Below are positions 35,638 through 46,277 of a stretch of DNA of 62,728 nucleotides, piece by piece. Origin of the DNA: Oscillospiraceae bacterium UBA4632 (GTDB lineage: Bacteria; Bacillota; Clostridia; Oscillospirales; Oscillospiraceae); assembly GCA_002405995.1 (NCBI GenBank), contig DHMW01000122.1, positions 21,791 to 84,518 on the forward strand, read 5' to 3'. The position numbers and the translations under genes were made by a program. Positions within the stretch are counted from its first letter, which is position 1. The number at the start of each line of letters is the position of its first letter. A model generated the notes under the pieces. The model saw only the letters and a list, made by a program, of their open reading frames with translations. It was not told where the DNA came from and made no database searches.

Positions 35638-38600
35638 GTGGCAAACAGAAAAGAATACGAGATGCTATTCAAGCTCAATTCTCAGCTTGGCGGCTCGTTT
35701 TCCGGTGCGTTCCAGAAAGCCCAAAAGGAGCTCGCCGAACTGCAGAAGCAGGTCGAAGCGCTTAATAAATCGCAATCCGACATCAAGGCATACCAGCGGC
35801 AGCAGGAGTCCATTGGCAAGACCGAAGAAAAGCTGAAGCTTTTGCAGCAGCAGTATGACAACATCCAGCGCGAGATGCAGGAAACTGGAGGTTACTCCTC
35901 AGAGCTGGAAAACAAGCTACTTTCCAAGCAGCAGCAGATCGACAAGACCTCCGCCTCCCTCGACCAGCAGCGCGAGAAGCTTGAGCGGCTGGCCGCTGCG
36001 ATGAAGGAAAGCGGCATCGACACCGATAATCTCACCGAGGAGAACAAGCGGCTCAGTGAGCAGCTCGGCGAGCTGAAAGAGAAGGAGGAGGACTTCGGCA
36101 GCACGGGCGCGATGGCCTTTGACGTCGTTGCATCCGCCATCAGCGCGGCGGGCATCGCGGCGGCGCTGCACGAGATTGCCGACGCCTACATGGAGTGCGT
36201 CACCATCGCGGGCAACTTCGAGGAGGGCATGAGCAACGTCGAAGCCCTCTCCGGCGCCAGCGCAGAGGAAATGCAGCTGCTGAGCGACAAGGCCAAGGAG
36301 CTGGGCGCGACCACGAAGTTCACCGCGCAGGAAGCATCCGACGCGATGGGCTACATGGCAATGGCGGGCTGGGACGCGCAGGAGATGCTTTCGGGCATGG
36401 ATGGCGTGTTGCAACTGGCCGCAGCGAGCGGCGAGGACCTTGCGATGGTTTCGGATATTGTCACCGACAACCTCACCGCATTCGGCCTCACAGCGGCCGA
36501 CACGGCGCGCTTTGCCGACGTGCTGGCAGCGGCGGCGACCAACTCCAACACCAACGTGTCAATCATGGGCGAAACCTTCGCCAATGCTGCGTCCATTGCC
36601 GGCGCTTTGGGCTACTCCGTGGAGGACGTGGCGGTAGCCGTTGGCCTGATGGCCAACAGCGGCGTCAAGGGCAGCGTTGCCGGTACGGCACTCAAGAACA
36701 CCTTCAACGGTCTGCTGGAGGGCGTCACGCTGACCGGCGCGGCGTTCGGCGAGTACGACTACACGGCGATCAAGGCCAACGGCACGATGAAGTCGTTCAG
36801 CGATACCATCGACGAGCTGCGCGTCTACTTCGAGCAGATGACCGAGGCCGAGCGCGTGAATAACGCAATGGCTCTCGCCGGACAGCGCGGCTACAACGGA
36901 CTGCTGGCAATTCTGAACGCCACCGACGAGGACTACGCATCCCTGACGGCCAGCATCAACAACTGCACCGGCGCGGCGCAGCGCATGGCCGAAATCAAGC
37001 TGGACAACATGAACGGTCAGCTTACCATCATGAAGTCCGCATGGGATGGCCTGAAAATCAGCGTCGGTGAGCAGTTCACACCGGCCATGGAAAAGCTCTA
37101 CGGGGTCGGCACGAAATGCTTTGACCTGTTCAATAACGTTGTGCAGGAGCACCCCGCGCTGGTCAAGGCGATTGCGGCGTTCGCTGGCGTCCTCCTTGCG
37201 GCTGTCAGCGCACTGTCGGCATATGCCGCAATCACGAAGGTCGTTATCCCGCTGATGAAGCTGTTTACAGCATCTATCCCCGGCGTAAATATCATTATGG
37301 GCGTGGTTGCCGGTCTGGCAGCACTGACCGCCGTGATTGTCGGCCTGACGAGCGCTGCGGACAGCGAAGCCAAGCAGGTGCGGGAGATGACCGAGGCATC
37401 CCGGCAAGAGTATTTCCAGCTTCAGGAGCTGCGGGCCGAGTATGAGGAAACCTGCGAAGTTTACGGCGAAACCTCGGAGGAAGCCCGTTATCTCGCGTGG
37501 CGCATCGACGACCTGAACGATAGCTTTGAATCGAACCGGCAGACGCTCAGCGACTATCAGGACGAGTTCCGCAGCACCATCGACAGTCTCAACGAGGGGC
37601 TTGACAGCTATCGGGAAGCCTATCTCGAGATCGGCAACAACGAGGCTAATACGCTTGCCCTCGTTCACAGGCTGCAAGACCTCGCGTCGCAGACCGATAA
37701 AACGGCTGCCACGCAGGAGGAAATGAAAGCCATCATCGCGGGTCTGAACGAGATCGTTCCCGACCTCGCGCTGAACTATGATGATGTGGTCGGCGGCGTC
37801 ACCAATGTCACCGCGGCGATCGAAGCGATGGTTAAGGCGCAGGCCGCGAGCCAGCGCTATGAAGCTGCGCAGGAGGGCATGGTAAACGCCCTGAATGCGC
37901 AGTACACCGCGCAGCAAAAGCTTCAGGACGCGACTGAGCAGCAGGCATCCGCACAGGAGCGTTTCAATGCGGCCGAAGCGGCATTCCAGGAGCTGACCGA
38001 CAACGCATCGAAATACGATACCTCCGGCCTTTCGTGGTTTTCTATTGGCCTTTCTGCTGAGCAGAAGGAATACAACGCCGCGAAGGAAGCGCTGGACGCC
38101 TACACGGCGGACGTTGCCGACGCGCAGGCCACCTACGACAGCGCGGTATCGGAATATCAGCAGTACCTTGACGAGCTGACGGAGTACGCCGAAGCGACCT
38201 CCGGCGCCGCCGACAGCACCGAAGCCATGACGCTTGCCATCGGCGAGACGAAAGAGCGGATGGAGGAGCTGACCAAGGCGTATACCGAGGTCTACGACGC
38301 GGCGCTGGAAAGCGTCAGCGGGCAGTATGAGCTTTGGGACGAGGCGGAGAAGGTCGTTGCAACCTCCGCGTCCAGCATCAACAGCAACCTACAGGGCCAG
38401 ATTGCCTACTGGCAGGAGTATAACACGAATCTCGCTTCCCTGCGCGAGCGCACAGGCGACATCGAGGGCCTGAGCGACATGATCGCCAGCTTTGCCGACG
38501 GCAGCACGGACAGCGTGAATGCCGTTGCCGGTATGGCTGCGGCCAGCGACGCCGACCTTGCCGCAATGGTGAAGAACTGGCAGGCTTTGCAGACGGAGCA

Positions 38601-39273
38601 GAACGCCGTGGCGGACAACATCGCCGAGCTGAAAACCAATTTCTCCGCAGAAATGGACGAGCTGGGCGAGACGCTGGCAGACGACATTGCCGCGATGGAT
38701 CTCAGCGATGAATCCACGGAAGCGGGCCGCGCCACCATTCAGGGCTTTATCGACGGCGCGAACGAAATGCTGCCGCAGGTGCAGGCGGCATATGCGCGGA
38801 TCGCCAGCTATGCCCGCAGCGCACTGACACCGCAGGTCATCAAGCCCGGACAGAGCGGGCAGAGCGGCTATCTCCAGCAGTATGCATCCGGCACGGAGAG
38901 CGCCGCGCCCGGCTTCGCCCTCGTCGGCGAGCACGGGCCGGAGCTGGTTTATTTCAACGGCGGCGAGCAGGTCATGACCGCGGAGGAAACCGCCGCCATG
39001 CGCGGCGGGCTGTCCACCGAAATGCAGATGGTTTCCTTTGCGCCGCAGCTTTTGCAGGCGCTGGCATCCTATGGGAGCGACGCCGTATATGCCAATATGG
39101 GCGGCTCCGGCGGCGTGCCCGCCGCAGTCATCAACGTCTCGTTCCAGATCGAGGGGAATGCGTCGCCTGAAACCGTGGAGCAGCTGCGGGCCTACGGCGA
39201 TGAATTCGCCGAGCGGGTGCGCGAGATTATCGAAGAAGTGAACGCGGACAACGGGAGGAGGGTGTACCGATGA
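35638..39273 (+). CDS. Tape measure protein (TP901 family)
   Basis: FEEGMSNVEALSGA...AKELGATTKFTAQEA...YMAMAGW; Ala-rich helical; C-terminal YASGT...VGEHGPELV. Confidence 0.95.
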   Translation: MANRKEYEMLFKLNSQLGGSFSGAFQKAQKELAELQKQVEALNKSQSDIKAYQRQQESIGKTEEKLKLLQQQYDNIQREMQETGGYSSELENKLLSKQQQIDKTSASLDQQREKLERLAAAMKESGIDTDNLTEENKRLSEQLGELKEKEEDFGSTGAMAFDVVASAISAAGIAAALHEIADAYMECVTIAGNFEEGMSNVEALSGASAEEMQLLSDKAKELGATTKFTAQEASDAMGYMAMAGWDAQEMLSGMDGVLQLAAASGEDLAMVSDIVTDNLTAFGLTAADTARFADVLAAAATNSNTNVSIMGETFANAASIAGALGYSVEDVAVAVGLMANSGVKGSVAGTALKNTFNGLLEGVTLTGAAFGEYDYTAIKANGTMKSFSDTIDELRVYFEQMTEAERVNNAMALAGQRGYNGLLAILNATDEDYASLTASINNCTGAAQRMAEIKLDNMNGQLTIMKSAWDGLKISVGEQFTPAMEKLYGVGTKCFDLFNNVVQEHPALVKAIAAFAGVLLAAVSALSAYAAITKVVIPLMKLFTASIPGVNIIMGVVAGLAALTAVIVGLTSAADSEAKQVREMTEASRQEYFQLQELRAEYEETCEVYGETSEEARYLAWRIDDLNDSFESNRQTLSDYQDEFRSTIDSLNEGLDSYREAYLEIGNNEANTLALVHRLQDLASQTDKTAATQEEMKAIIAGLNEIVPDLALNYDDVVGGVTNVTAAIEAMVKAQAASQRYEAAQEGMVNALNAQYTAQQKLQDATEQQASAQERFNAAEAAFQELTDNASKYDTSGLSWFSIGLSAEQKEYNAAKEALDAYTADVADAQATYDSAVSEYQQYLDELTEYAEATSGAADSTEAMTLAIGETKERMEELTKAYTEVYDAALESVSGQYELWDEAEKVVATSASSINSNLQGQIAYWQEYNTNLASLRERTGDIEGLSDMIASFADGSTDSVNAVAGMAAASDADLAAMVKNWQALQTEQNAVADNIAELKTNFSAEMDELGETLADDIAAMDLSDESTEAGRATIQGFIDGANEMLPQVQAAYARIASYARSALTPQVIKPGQSGQSGYLQQYASGTESAAPGFALVGEHGPELVYFNGGEQVMTAEETAAMRGGLSTEMQMVSFAPQLLQALASYGSDAVYANMGGSGGVPAAVINVSFQIEGNASPETVEQLRAYGDEFAERVREIIEEVNADNGRRVYR

Positions 39274-39482
39274 AAACCTATACCACCGTACAGGGCGATA
39301 TGTGGGACGGCATCGCATATGCCCAGCTCGGCAGCTGTGCCTACACCGACACGCTCATGAGCGCCAATATGGCATACCGCGAAACGTACATCTTCCCCGC
39401 CGGTGTGGTGCTGACCATCCCCGACGTAGACACGACGTCGGACGATGACACGCAGCCGCCGTGGAGGGAGGTGTGCGGATGA
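39270..39482 (+). CDS. Tail protein X (P2 gpX/LysM-like)
   Basis: YTTVQGDMWDGIA...LMSAN...FPAGVVLTIPD...PPW. Confidence 0.85.
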   Translation: MKTYTTVQGDMWDGIAYAQLGSCAYTDTLMSANMAYRETYIFPAGVVLTIPDVDTTSDDDTQPPWREVCG

Positions 39483-40810
39483 GCGACCGCAACACCGCGC
39501 GTCACGCATTGGCAGAGGTCTACTTCGCTGGTGTGGATATCTCCAAATCGCTGCGCCCGTATCTGCTCTCGCTGTCGTACACCGACAACGAGGAGGACGA
39601 AACGGACGATCTGCAAATCAAAATTGAGGACAGAGACGGCACATGGCTGCGCAAGTGGCTGGACGTCTCTGTTCACGCTGCCATCGAGGGCGGGGGCGCG
39701 TCCTCCGCCTCCGGCGGCAGCGGCTACACCGTGACGGCCAAGAGCGGGCTGAATATCCGCTCCGGCCCCGGCACGAGCTATTCCAAGTACGGCGCGTTCG
39801 CCTGCGGGGCGACGGTCAGCGTGCAGGAGATATCCGGCGGCTGGGCGAAAATCAGCTACAACGGCAAGACCGCCTACGTCGCTGCGGAATACCTCAAAGC
39901 CGAGGGCGGCGGAAGCTCCGGCAGCGGCAGCGTCGGTGCGGAAGTCGATAAGATAAAAGGCTTGAGCATTCAGGCCGCGATCCTCCGCTGCAACTGGAAC
40001 GGCGACGGCAAGGATACGATGCTGAACTGCGGCCAATTTGAGCTGGACAGCGTGCAGGCGTCCGGCCCGCCGAACACCATTGCCATCAAGGCGACCAGCC
40101 TGCCATACAGCAGCACCATCCGCCAGATGAAAAAGAGCAAGGCGTGGGAGGGCTATTACCTCTCCGGCATTGCTGGCGAAATGGCGGGAGCTGCCGGCAT
40201 GGCGGTCATCTATGAATCCGGAAACGACCCGTATTATGACCGCGTGGAGCAGATCACGCAGACGGACATCACCTTTTTGCAGACGCTCTGCCACAATGCA
40301 GGAATCTCGCTGAAAGTGGCGAACAACGTCCTTGTGCTGTTCGATCAGGCGGACTACGAAGCAAAGGACGCCGTGTTCACCATCGCCTACGGGACAACGG
40401 GCTATACCAAGTGGAGGCTCGATACCGGCGAGGCAGAAGTGAAATATACCTCCTGCCGTGTGAGCTACACCAAGCCCTCCGGCGAGGTCGTGCAAGGCAC
40501 GGCCTATGTGGAGGACTACAAATCCAATGATGACAACAACCAGTGCCTTGAGATCACCGCCGCCGTCGCCAACGCGGGCGAGGCCAAGGCGCTGGCTGAG
40601 AAAAAGCTGCGTGAGCACAACAAGTTTGAGCTGACGGCAGCTTTTACGCTGCCGGGCAATCCCGCACTGACCGCAGGGCGCACCGTCATGCTGCGCGGCT
40701 GGGGGATGTGGAACGGCAAGTACATGATCAAGCAGGCAAAGCACACGGTGGACGGCTCCGGCGGCTACACGACGCAGATATCCCTGCGCAGAGTTTTGGA
40801 GGGTTATTGA
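39479..40810 (+). CDS. Baseplate hub (P2 gpD-like) with an inserted SH3b domain
   Basis: SLSYTDNEEDETDDLQI..EDRD, Q.DITFL..LC, LPGNP.L.AG; insert VTAKSGLNIRSGPGTSY...GWAKISYNGKTAYV between Gly/Ser linkers. Confidence 0.88.
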   Translation: MSDRNTARHALAEVYFAGVDISKSLRPYLLSLSYTDNEEDETDDLQIKIEDRDGTWLRKWLDVSVHAAIEGGGASSASGGSGYTVTAKSGLNIRSGPGTSYSKYGAFACGATVSVQEISGGWAKISYNGKTAYVAAEYLKAEGGGSSGSGSVGAEVDKIKGLSIQAAILRCNWNGDGKDTMLNCGQFELDSVQASGPPNTIAIKATSLPYSSTIRQMKKSKAWEGYYLSGIAGEMAGAAGMAVIYESGNDPYYDRVEQITQTDITFLQTLCHNAGISLKVANNVLVLFDQADYEAKDAVFTIAYGTTGYTKWRLDTGEAEVKYTSCRVSYTKPSGEVVQGTAYVEDYKSNDDNNQCLEITAAVANAGEAKALAEKKLREHNKFELTAAFTLPGNPALTAGRTVMLRGWGMWNGKYMIKQAKHTVDGSGGYTTQISLRRVLEGY

Positions 40811-41130
40811 TGAACGACAATATTCTTGCAAACCTCGTGCGTGTCGGCACGGTATACGCCGTGGACGACGGTCGGCGCTTAGCCCGCGTGCGCTTCGACG
40901 ACAAGGGACTGACCTCTGCATGGCTGCCGGTGCTGAAATCGCCGCCGTTCATCCCGTCCCGAGAGGAATCCCGCACGGAGTACGAAGCGGGCGGCAGCGG
41001 CGATGCAGCCTACGAGAGCCACAAACACGACCTGATCATCAAGCCGTGGATGCCGAGCGTCAATGATACGGTGCTGTGCCTGTATATTCCGACATTCAAC
41101 GGCGACGGCTATGTATTGGGGGCGATCTGA
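40810..41130 (+). CDS. Baseplate spike/assembly protein (gpV-like, short)
   Basis: VRVGTV...ARVRF.D....SAWL.V...WMPSVNDTVLCL. Confidence 0.75.
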   Translation: MNDNILANLVRVGTVYAVDDGRRLARVRFDDKGLTSAWLPVLKSPPFIPSREESRTEYEAGGSGDAAYESHKHDLIIKPWMPSVNDTVLCLYIPTFNGDGYVLGAI

Positions 41131-41531
41131 TGGCTATGGTAGGCGTTCTTGGGGACATTGTTTTCAACGTATCGAGCGAGACGGTCGAAACCGTGAGCAA
41201 CATGAAGTGGTCGGGTTCGGCGCGCTACACGACGCACCAGCGGCACAACACCCACGCGCTCACGGAGTTCACCGGCCTGGGCGCGGATAAACTGAGCTTC
41301 GACATCTACCTGTCCGCCACGCTCGGCATCGACCCGATGACGGAGCTGGTGAAGATCTGGAAGTATGAGCGGAATCACACGCCGCTGTCGCTGGTGCTGG
41401 GTACCCACGCTTACGGCAAGCATAAGTGGGTCATCGAAAGCCACAGCGCCAAGGTGAAATACTTCCGGCGCAACGGTGATTTGCAGCAAGTGACCGTATC
41501 GCTCAGCCTGCTGGAATACCTGACATGGTGA
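41130..41531 (+). CDS. P2 gpU-like tail protein
   Basis: G.LGDIVF.VS...EFTG...LSF.I...KWVIES...LLEY. Confidence 0.8.
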   Translation: MAMVGVLGDIVFNVSSETVETVSNMKWSGSARYTTHQRHNTHALTEFTGLGADKLSFDIYLSATLGIDPMTELVKIWKYERNHTPLSLVLGTHAYGKHKWVIESHSAKVKYFRRNGDLQQVTVSLSLLEYLTW

Positions 41532-41540
41532 GGTGACGGC

Positions 41541-41861
41541 ATGAGCTATATCGTAACGCCCGCAGACGCGGACAAAATCACGCTGAACGAGAGCGACACC
41601 GTGCGCTCCGTTCTGCAAAATATCAAGATCATCCTATCGACGAAAAAGCTTTCCGTGCCGCTCTATCGGGAGTTCGGCGTGGATATGGCCTTTGTTGATA
41701 AACCGATGCCGGTTGCGCAGGCGCTGATGATCGTGGAGATCAAGGACGCTATCACCCGCTGGGAACCCCGCGCCGAGCTGGTGAGCGTGGAGTTTCAGAT
41801 CGACGAGAGCGCGCCCGGCAAACTGATTCCTGTTGTGGAGGTGGAAATCGATGGCCAGTGA
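41541..41861 (+). CDS. Baseplate wedge protein (gpW/gp25-like)
   Basis: QNIKIILST...VPLYREFG...AITRWEPRA. Confidence 0.85.
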   Translation: MSYIVTPADADKITLNESDTVRSVLQNIKIILSTKKLSVPLYREFGVDMAFVDKPMPVAQALMIVEIKDAITRWEPRAELVSVEFQIDESAPGKLIPVVEVEIDGQ

Positions 41862-43218
41862 CTACAAGTTCGTATCGACGGACACATCCCCGCTGGTGTC
41901 GGAAATGATTGCGGCATATGAGGCCATCACCGGCGTGACGGTGCAGCCTGCCAGCCCTGAACGGCTGTTTATCCTGTGGGTGGCGGATGTCATCGTCCAG
42001 CTCCGCACGATGGTCAACTACGCAGCCAACCAAAACCTGCCGTCCCGCGCCAGCGGGGCGAACCTTGACGCGCTGGGCGAGCTGTTCTACGACAGCACGC
42101 GCCCCGGCGCGACGCCCGCCACCTGCAAGATGCAGGTGAACATTTCCGAAGCGCAGAGCTCGGCAATCCTGATTCCCAAAGGCGCGCGCTTCACGGATAA
42201 GAACTACACGCTCCTGTGGGACAACACCGAGGACGTGTATGTGGCCGCAGGCGAAACCGGCGCGGAGATCACCCTTGTCTGCGAGACGGCTGGTGCGGTC
42301 GGAAACGGCTATGTGGCCGGACAGATCAATACGCTGGTGGACATCTCCGACGTCCGCTACTACGAATCCTGCGCCAACACCACGGCGACGGACGGCGGCG
42401 CAGAAGCCGCCACCGACGCAGAGTATTATGCGCTGCTGCGGGCGTCGGAGGACGCCTATTCCGTCGCTGGGCCGATGGGGGCTTATGAATACTGGGCCAA
42501 GTCTGTGTCCACCAACATTGCAGACGTGAAAGCCATCCGCCCCACCGAGAAGATCACCAAGACGCTGACGCTCTACGCGGGCCATGCGTTTTACGGCGGC
42601 GAGCACATCAAAAAGGCCACCGTGAAGGTCTACGCGGCGGCGGACAGCGAAACGGCGCTGGTGGAGGGTACGGACTACACGCTCAGCTACGCCGACAACC
42701 TGCTGACCATCACCGCCGAGGAGGGCGGCGCGCTGGCTGACGCGGAATCGCTGGTGCTGGAAGCCGTAGCAGAAAAGGCCGGTCATGTGCATATCTTCGC
42801 GCTGATGAAGGACGGCTCGATTGCGACGCCGACCATCAAGGAACTGATTCTGGCAGCGTGCAGCGACGACACGGTGCGTCCCCTGACGGACTATGTGCAG
42901 GTGCAGGACCCCGGCACGGCCAACTACAACATCGACCTGACCTACTACATCCAGACAGGGACAGAGACGCCAGCGACGGAGATCCAGACCGCCGTTGAAA
43001 AGGCGGTGGACGAGTTCAAGGCATGGCAGAGCGCACGGCTCGGCCGCGACATCAATCCGTCCAAGCTCATTTCGCTGCTGATGCAGACCGGCATCAAGCG
43101 CGTTGTCATCACCGCGCCGGTGTTCACCAAGCTCTCTGACGGCGGGGACGGTACCGCGCCGGAGATCGCGTCCTGCGGCACGGTGCAGATCACGAACGGA
43201 GGGTACGAGGATGAGTAA
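41851..43218 (+). CDS. Baseplate J-like protein
   Basis: ASGANLDALG, GAVGNG, GGAEA, SVAGPMGAYEYWA, VRPLTDYV, LGRDINPS. Confidence 0.92.
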   Translation: MASDYKFVSTDTSPLVSEMIAAYEAITGVTVQPASPERLFILWVADVIVQLRTMVNYAANQNLPSRASGANLDALGELFYDSTRPGATPATCKMQVNISEAQSSAILIPKGARFTDKNYTLLWDNTEDVYVAAGETGAEITLVCETAGAVGNGYVAGQINTLVDISDVRYYESCANTTATDGGAEAATDAEYYALLRASEDAYSVAGPMGAYEYWAKSVSTNIADVKAIRPTEKITKTLTLYAGHAFYGGEHIKKATVKVYAAADSETALVEGTDYTLSYADNLLTITAEEGGALADAESLVLEAVAEKAGHVHIFALMKDGSIATPTIKELILAACSDDTVRPLTDYVQVQDPGTANYNIDLTYYIQTGTETPATEIQTAVEKAVDEFKAWQSARLGRDINPSKLISLLMQTGIKRVVITAPVFTKLSDGGDGTAPEIASCGTVQITNGGYEDE

Positions 43219-43867
43219 CGGCATCACGGCCGAAAACCTCCTCCGTGCGCTGCCGGATGTTTTACAGCAGGACGACAATATGCGCGCGCTGGCGGAAGCG
43301 ATTGCCGGACAGCTCGTGCCGTGCATCGCCGACACCGACGAGCCGCGGATATTCCCGCGCATCGACGAGCTGAGCGAAACGCTGCTGGACACGCTGGCGT
43401 GGGACTTCAAGGTAGACTGGTGGGATTATTCCTACAGCTTGCAGGAGAAGCGGAACACGCTGCGGCAATCGTGGTATGTCCACAAGCACATGGGGACGCC
43501 TGCCGCCGTTATGGCGGCGCTCTCGGCCATCTATCCCAATTCCAAGGTCGAGGAATGGTGGGCCTACGGCGGCGAGCCGTATCACTTCCGCCTGCTGATT
43601 CCTGTGGACGCATCCACGCTGGACGCGAGCAAGCACGCGACCGTGCTTTCCCTCGTGACGTTTTACAAGAATCTGCGCTCAGAGCTGGACAGTGTGGAGT
43701 ATTCCGGCAGCACCAGCAGCCTGACGGTCTACCCGATGGCGGCGCAGTGGGGCACGCATATCGTCAATGCCGGTACGGCCTCCGGTATCTCTGCGGGCGA
43801 CCAGCTGCTTGACGAGCTGAACGATTTCCTCACTGACGAACTCAATGACATTCTGACTGACGGATAA
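43211..43867 (+). CDS. Tail protein I (P2 gpI-like)
   Basis: IDELSE.LLDTLAWDFKVDWW...HKHMGTPAAV...EWW.YGGEPYHF. Confidence 0.88.
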   Translation: MSNGITAENLLRALPDVLQQDDNMRALAEAIAGQLVPCIADTDEPRIFPRIDELSETLLDTLAWDFKVDWWDYSYSLQEKRNTLRQSWYVHKHMGTPAAVMAALSAIYPNSKVEEWWAYGGEPYHFRLLIPVDASTLDASKHATVLSLVTFYKNLRSELDSVEYSGSTSSLTVYPMAAQWGTHIVNAGTASGISAGDQLLDELNDFLTDELNDILTDG

Positions 43868-43881
43868 AGGAAGGTGAAAAT

Positions 43882-44943
43882 ATGTGGGAAGTAGCAACGA
43901 TCACGGATGCCGGTTCTAACCTGCTGGCGAGCTGGATCACCGGCACGGAGCTGCGCATCACGCGCGCTGCCGCCGGTTCCGGCACAGTGGCCGACGCCGA
44001 CCTTTATGCGCTGACGGCGCTCAAGGAGCAGAAGCAGCCCATGAGCATCGTCGGGATGTCGCAGGATGAAAACGGCGTCACGGTGAAGCTCCAGCTGGAA
44101 GCGGCGACGGACGCCTATACGCTCCAGCAGATCGGCGTCTTTGCCAAGGTCGGCAGCGGCGCAGAAGCGCTGCTCGCTGTATTCCAGGATAACGTCGGCA
44201 TCTCCATCCCTGCGGCAAGTACGTCGCAGTCGTTTATCTACAATTTCTTCGCTACCATCGCCGTGAACAACACGGGAACGCTGACGATCGAGATTGACGG
44301 CGGCGCGTCGGTCACGCTGGAAACTGTGCAGGACCTTATCAGCGATAAGCAGGACAAGATCACGGCGACCGGCCTGCTCTACCGCGAGGAGAACGGGACG
44401 ATCCGCGAAGCCATCCCCGGCGAGGACTTTGACGCAGGCGGCGGAGGAGGCGGATTCTACGGCGACTGCGACAGCGCCGCGAGTGACAGCGCGAAGATCG
44501 CGGCATCGGAGGACTACGATTCCGTCGAAGTCGGCGATCTGTGCGTCATCACCTTTGACAACGCGAACACCGCCGTCAACCCCACGCTGAAGGTCGGCGA
44601 CACCGACGAGAAGAAAATCGTGTCCAAAGGCAAGACCACGCTGCTGGCCGAGGATTACTGGGAGGCGGGCGACTACTGCATTTTCGTCTACGACGGCGAG
44701 AATTGGGTGCTTCTGTTCCGCTTCGGTACTTATATCCCCATGAAGCAGAAAGGCACGGCAAAGGGCGTTGCAACGCTGGCGGAGGACGGGAAAGTGCCTA
44801 CCGCGCAGCTGCGCGGCGGCTTCATCATTTCGGCCACGCAGCCCACCGACACCTCGCTGCTGTGGATCGATAGCAAGCAGGTCATGCGCTACTACGACCA
44901 AACGGCAAAGACGTGGAAAACCGTGCTGCCGGTCTGGGGGTGA
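43882..44943 (+). CDS. Tail fibre proximal/attachment protein (gpH-like N-terminus)
   Basis: ITDAG..LLA...[10 protein letters not shown]-terminus directly after gp[21 protein letters not shown] repeat; SATQP....LWID. Confidence 0.7.
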   Translation: MWEVATITDAGSNLLASWITGTELRITRAAAGSGTVADADLYALTALKEQKQPMSIVGMSQDENGVTVKLQLEAATDAYTLQQIGVFAKVGSGAEALLAVFQDNVGISIPAASTSQSFIYNFFATIAVNNTGTLTIEIDGGASVTLETVQDLISDKQDKITATGLLYREENGTIREAIPGEDFDAGGGGGGFYGDCDSAASDSAKIAASEDYDSVEVGDLCVITFDNANTAVNPTLKVGDTDEKKIVSKGKTTLLAEDYWEAGDYCIFVYDGENWVLLFRFGTYIPMKQKGTAKGVATLAEDGKVPTAQLRGGFIISATQPTDTSLLWIDSKQVMRYYDQTAKTWKTVLPVWG

Positions 44944-44947
44944 TGGC

Positions 44948-46258
44948 ATGGCCTACGGAATGATGACAGCGGCAGAGCTGTTGCAGCTCAAGGCTGCGAT
45001 CAAGGCGGAAATGCTCCGCCGCAATGCGCCGGTCGGCGGGCTTGACGCTTATGGCAGCGATGCCTACGACCTCGCGGCAACGCCGGTCAGCGGCGGCGTG
45101 GTGAAAGCCGACGCCGGACGCAAGACCGTTGACCTGCTGCTCAAAATCAAGGACTACGGCGACCTTGTGAACACAAAGCAGGGCGAGACTGTGCCGGAGA
45201 GCTTTACGGCGAGCCTGATCACCTACGTCAACACGCTTGCGCAGGAACCGATGAACGGCAACAGCAGCTCGTGCCGCGGCGCCTGCACGGGGCTGTGCGT
45301 TGACACCTGCTCGGCGTCTGCGTCCGGCAGCGCCGGTTGCAGCGGATGCGCTTCCGGCTGCTATGGGACGTGCAATGCTTCCTGCGGCAACAGCTGCACG
45401 GGCTGCTCCGGCTGTTCGTCCGGCTGCGGCTCTACCTGCGGCGGATCGTGCGGCGCTGCGTGCGTCGGCGGCTGCTGGTCGAGCTGCACTACCTCCTGCG
45501 GGCGGTCCTGCGCTTCGACCTGCTCAGGGTGCAGCGCGAGTTGTCAGGATTCCTGTGCGCGCGACTGCGACAGCGACTGCTACGCGAACTGCGGAAGCGG
45601 CTGTTCCTCCGGATGCTCCGGATGTTCGTCCGGATGCTCGTCCGGATGCGACGGGTGCAGCAGCCGGTGCGGCGGCGCGTGCATGGGCTCGTGCAGCGGC
45701 TATTGCTACTCCTGCTCCGGCTGCTCTAACGGCTGCACACATGAGTGCAACGCAGGCTGCTCCAATGAGTGCGGCGCGGGCTGCTCCGGCTCCTGCGGCG
45801 GCGCGTGCTCCGGCTGTTCCGGCTGTTCCGGTTCCTGCTCCGGTACCTGCTCCAGCGGATGCAGCCGAAGCTGCTCCGGTGGGTGCTCCGGCGGGTGCAG
45901 CGGAAGCTGCGGCGGATGCGGCGGCGCTTGCAGCTCGTCCTGCTCCGGCGCGTGCGTCTCCGCCTGTTCCGGCGGATGCGCGGGGGCCTGCACTTCCTGC
46001 GGCGGCAACTGCACGAGCAGCTGCTATTCCGCCTGTTCCTCCGGATGCTCCGGATGCTCCGGATGCGGCCAATCGTGCAACGGCGGATGCTATACGAGCT
46101 GCACGGCAACCTGCGGCGGGAACTGCACGGGCGGCTGCGGCACGAGCTGCACGGGATGCGCCGGAAGCTGCGGCAGCGTGTGCAGCCAGAATTGCAATGC
46201 AAATTGCTTCGGTACCTGTTCGACCCAGTGCTTCGGCACTGCTACATCAAAGACCTGA
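44948..46258 (+). CDS. Giant CXXX/CXX-repeat Cys-rich protein, predicted radical-SAM substrate
   Basis: 436 aa from ATG 44948; 108-aa Cys-free N-terminus, then about 83 Cys (hand count) spaced every 3-4 residues among mostly S/G/A/T. Confidence 0.85.
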   Translation: MAYGMMTAAELLQLKAAIKAEMLRRNAPVGGLDAYGSDAYDLAATPVSGGVVKADAGRKTVDLLLKIKDYGDLVNTKQGETVPESFTASLITYVNTLAQEPMNGNSSSCRGACTGLCVDTCSASASGSAGCSGCASGCYGTCNASCGNSCTGCSGCSSGCGSTCGGSCGAACVGGCWSSCTTSCGRSCASTCSGCSASCQDSCARDCDSDCYANCGSGCSSGCSGCSSGCSSGCDGCSSRCGGACMGSCSGYCYSCSGCSNGCTHECNAGCSNECGAGCSGSCGGACSGCSGCSGSCSGTCSSGCSRSCSGGCSGGCSGSCGGCGGACSSSCSGACVSACSGGCAGACTSCGGNCTSSCYSACSSGCSGCSGCGQSCNGGCYTSCTATCGGNCTGGCGTSCTGCAGSCGSVCSQNCNANCFGTCSTQCFGTATSKT

Positions 46259-46277
46259 TCTGAAAAGGAGATTGCTT

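Noticed and set aside
28001..44949. Many long minus-strand ORFs across head and tail genes (e.g. 28001-29578, 33027-34487, 39341-40921, 41752-43410)
   Set aside because: Antisense shadows of conserved structural genes in high-GC sequence.
45272..46258. Possible CRISPR array or non-coding tandem repeat
   Set aside because: The repeats are codon-level with no constant repeat and unique spacers, and no cas genes are present.
45300..46277. Long Ala/Pro/Arg-rich alternative frames over the Cys-repeat gene (both strands)
   Set aside because: Products of repetitive TGC/TCC/GGC codons. Only the part from ATG 46278, which has its own SD, is a credible gene.
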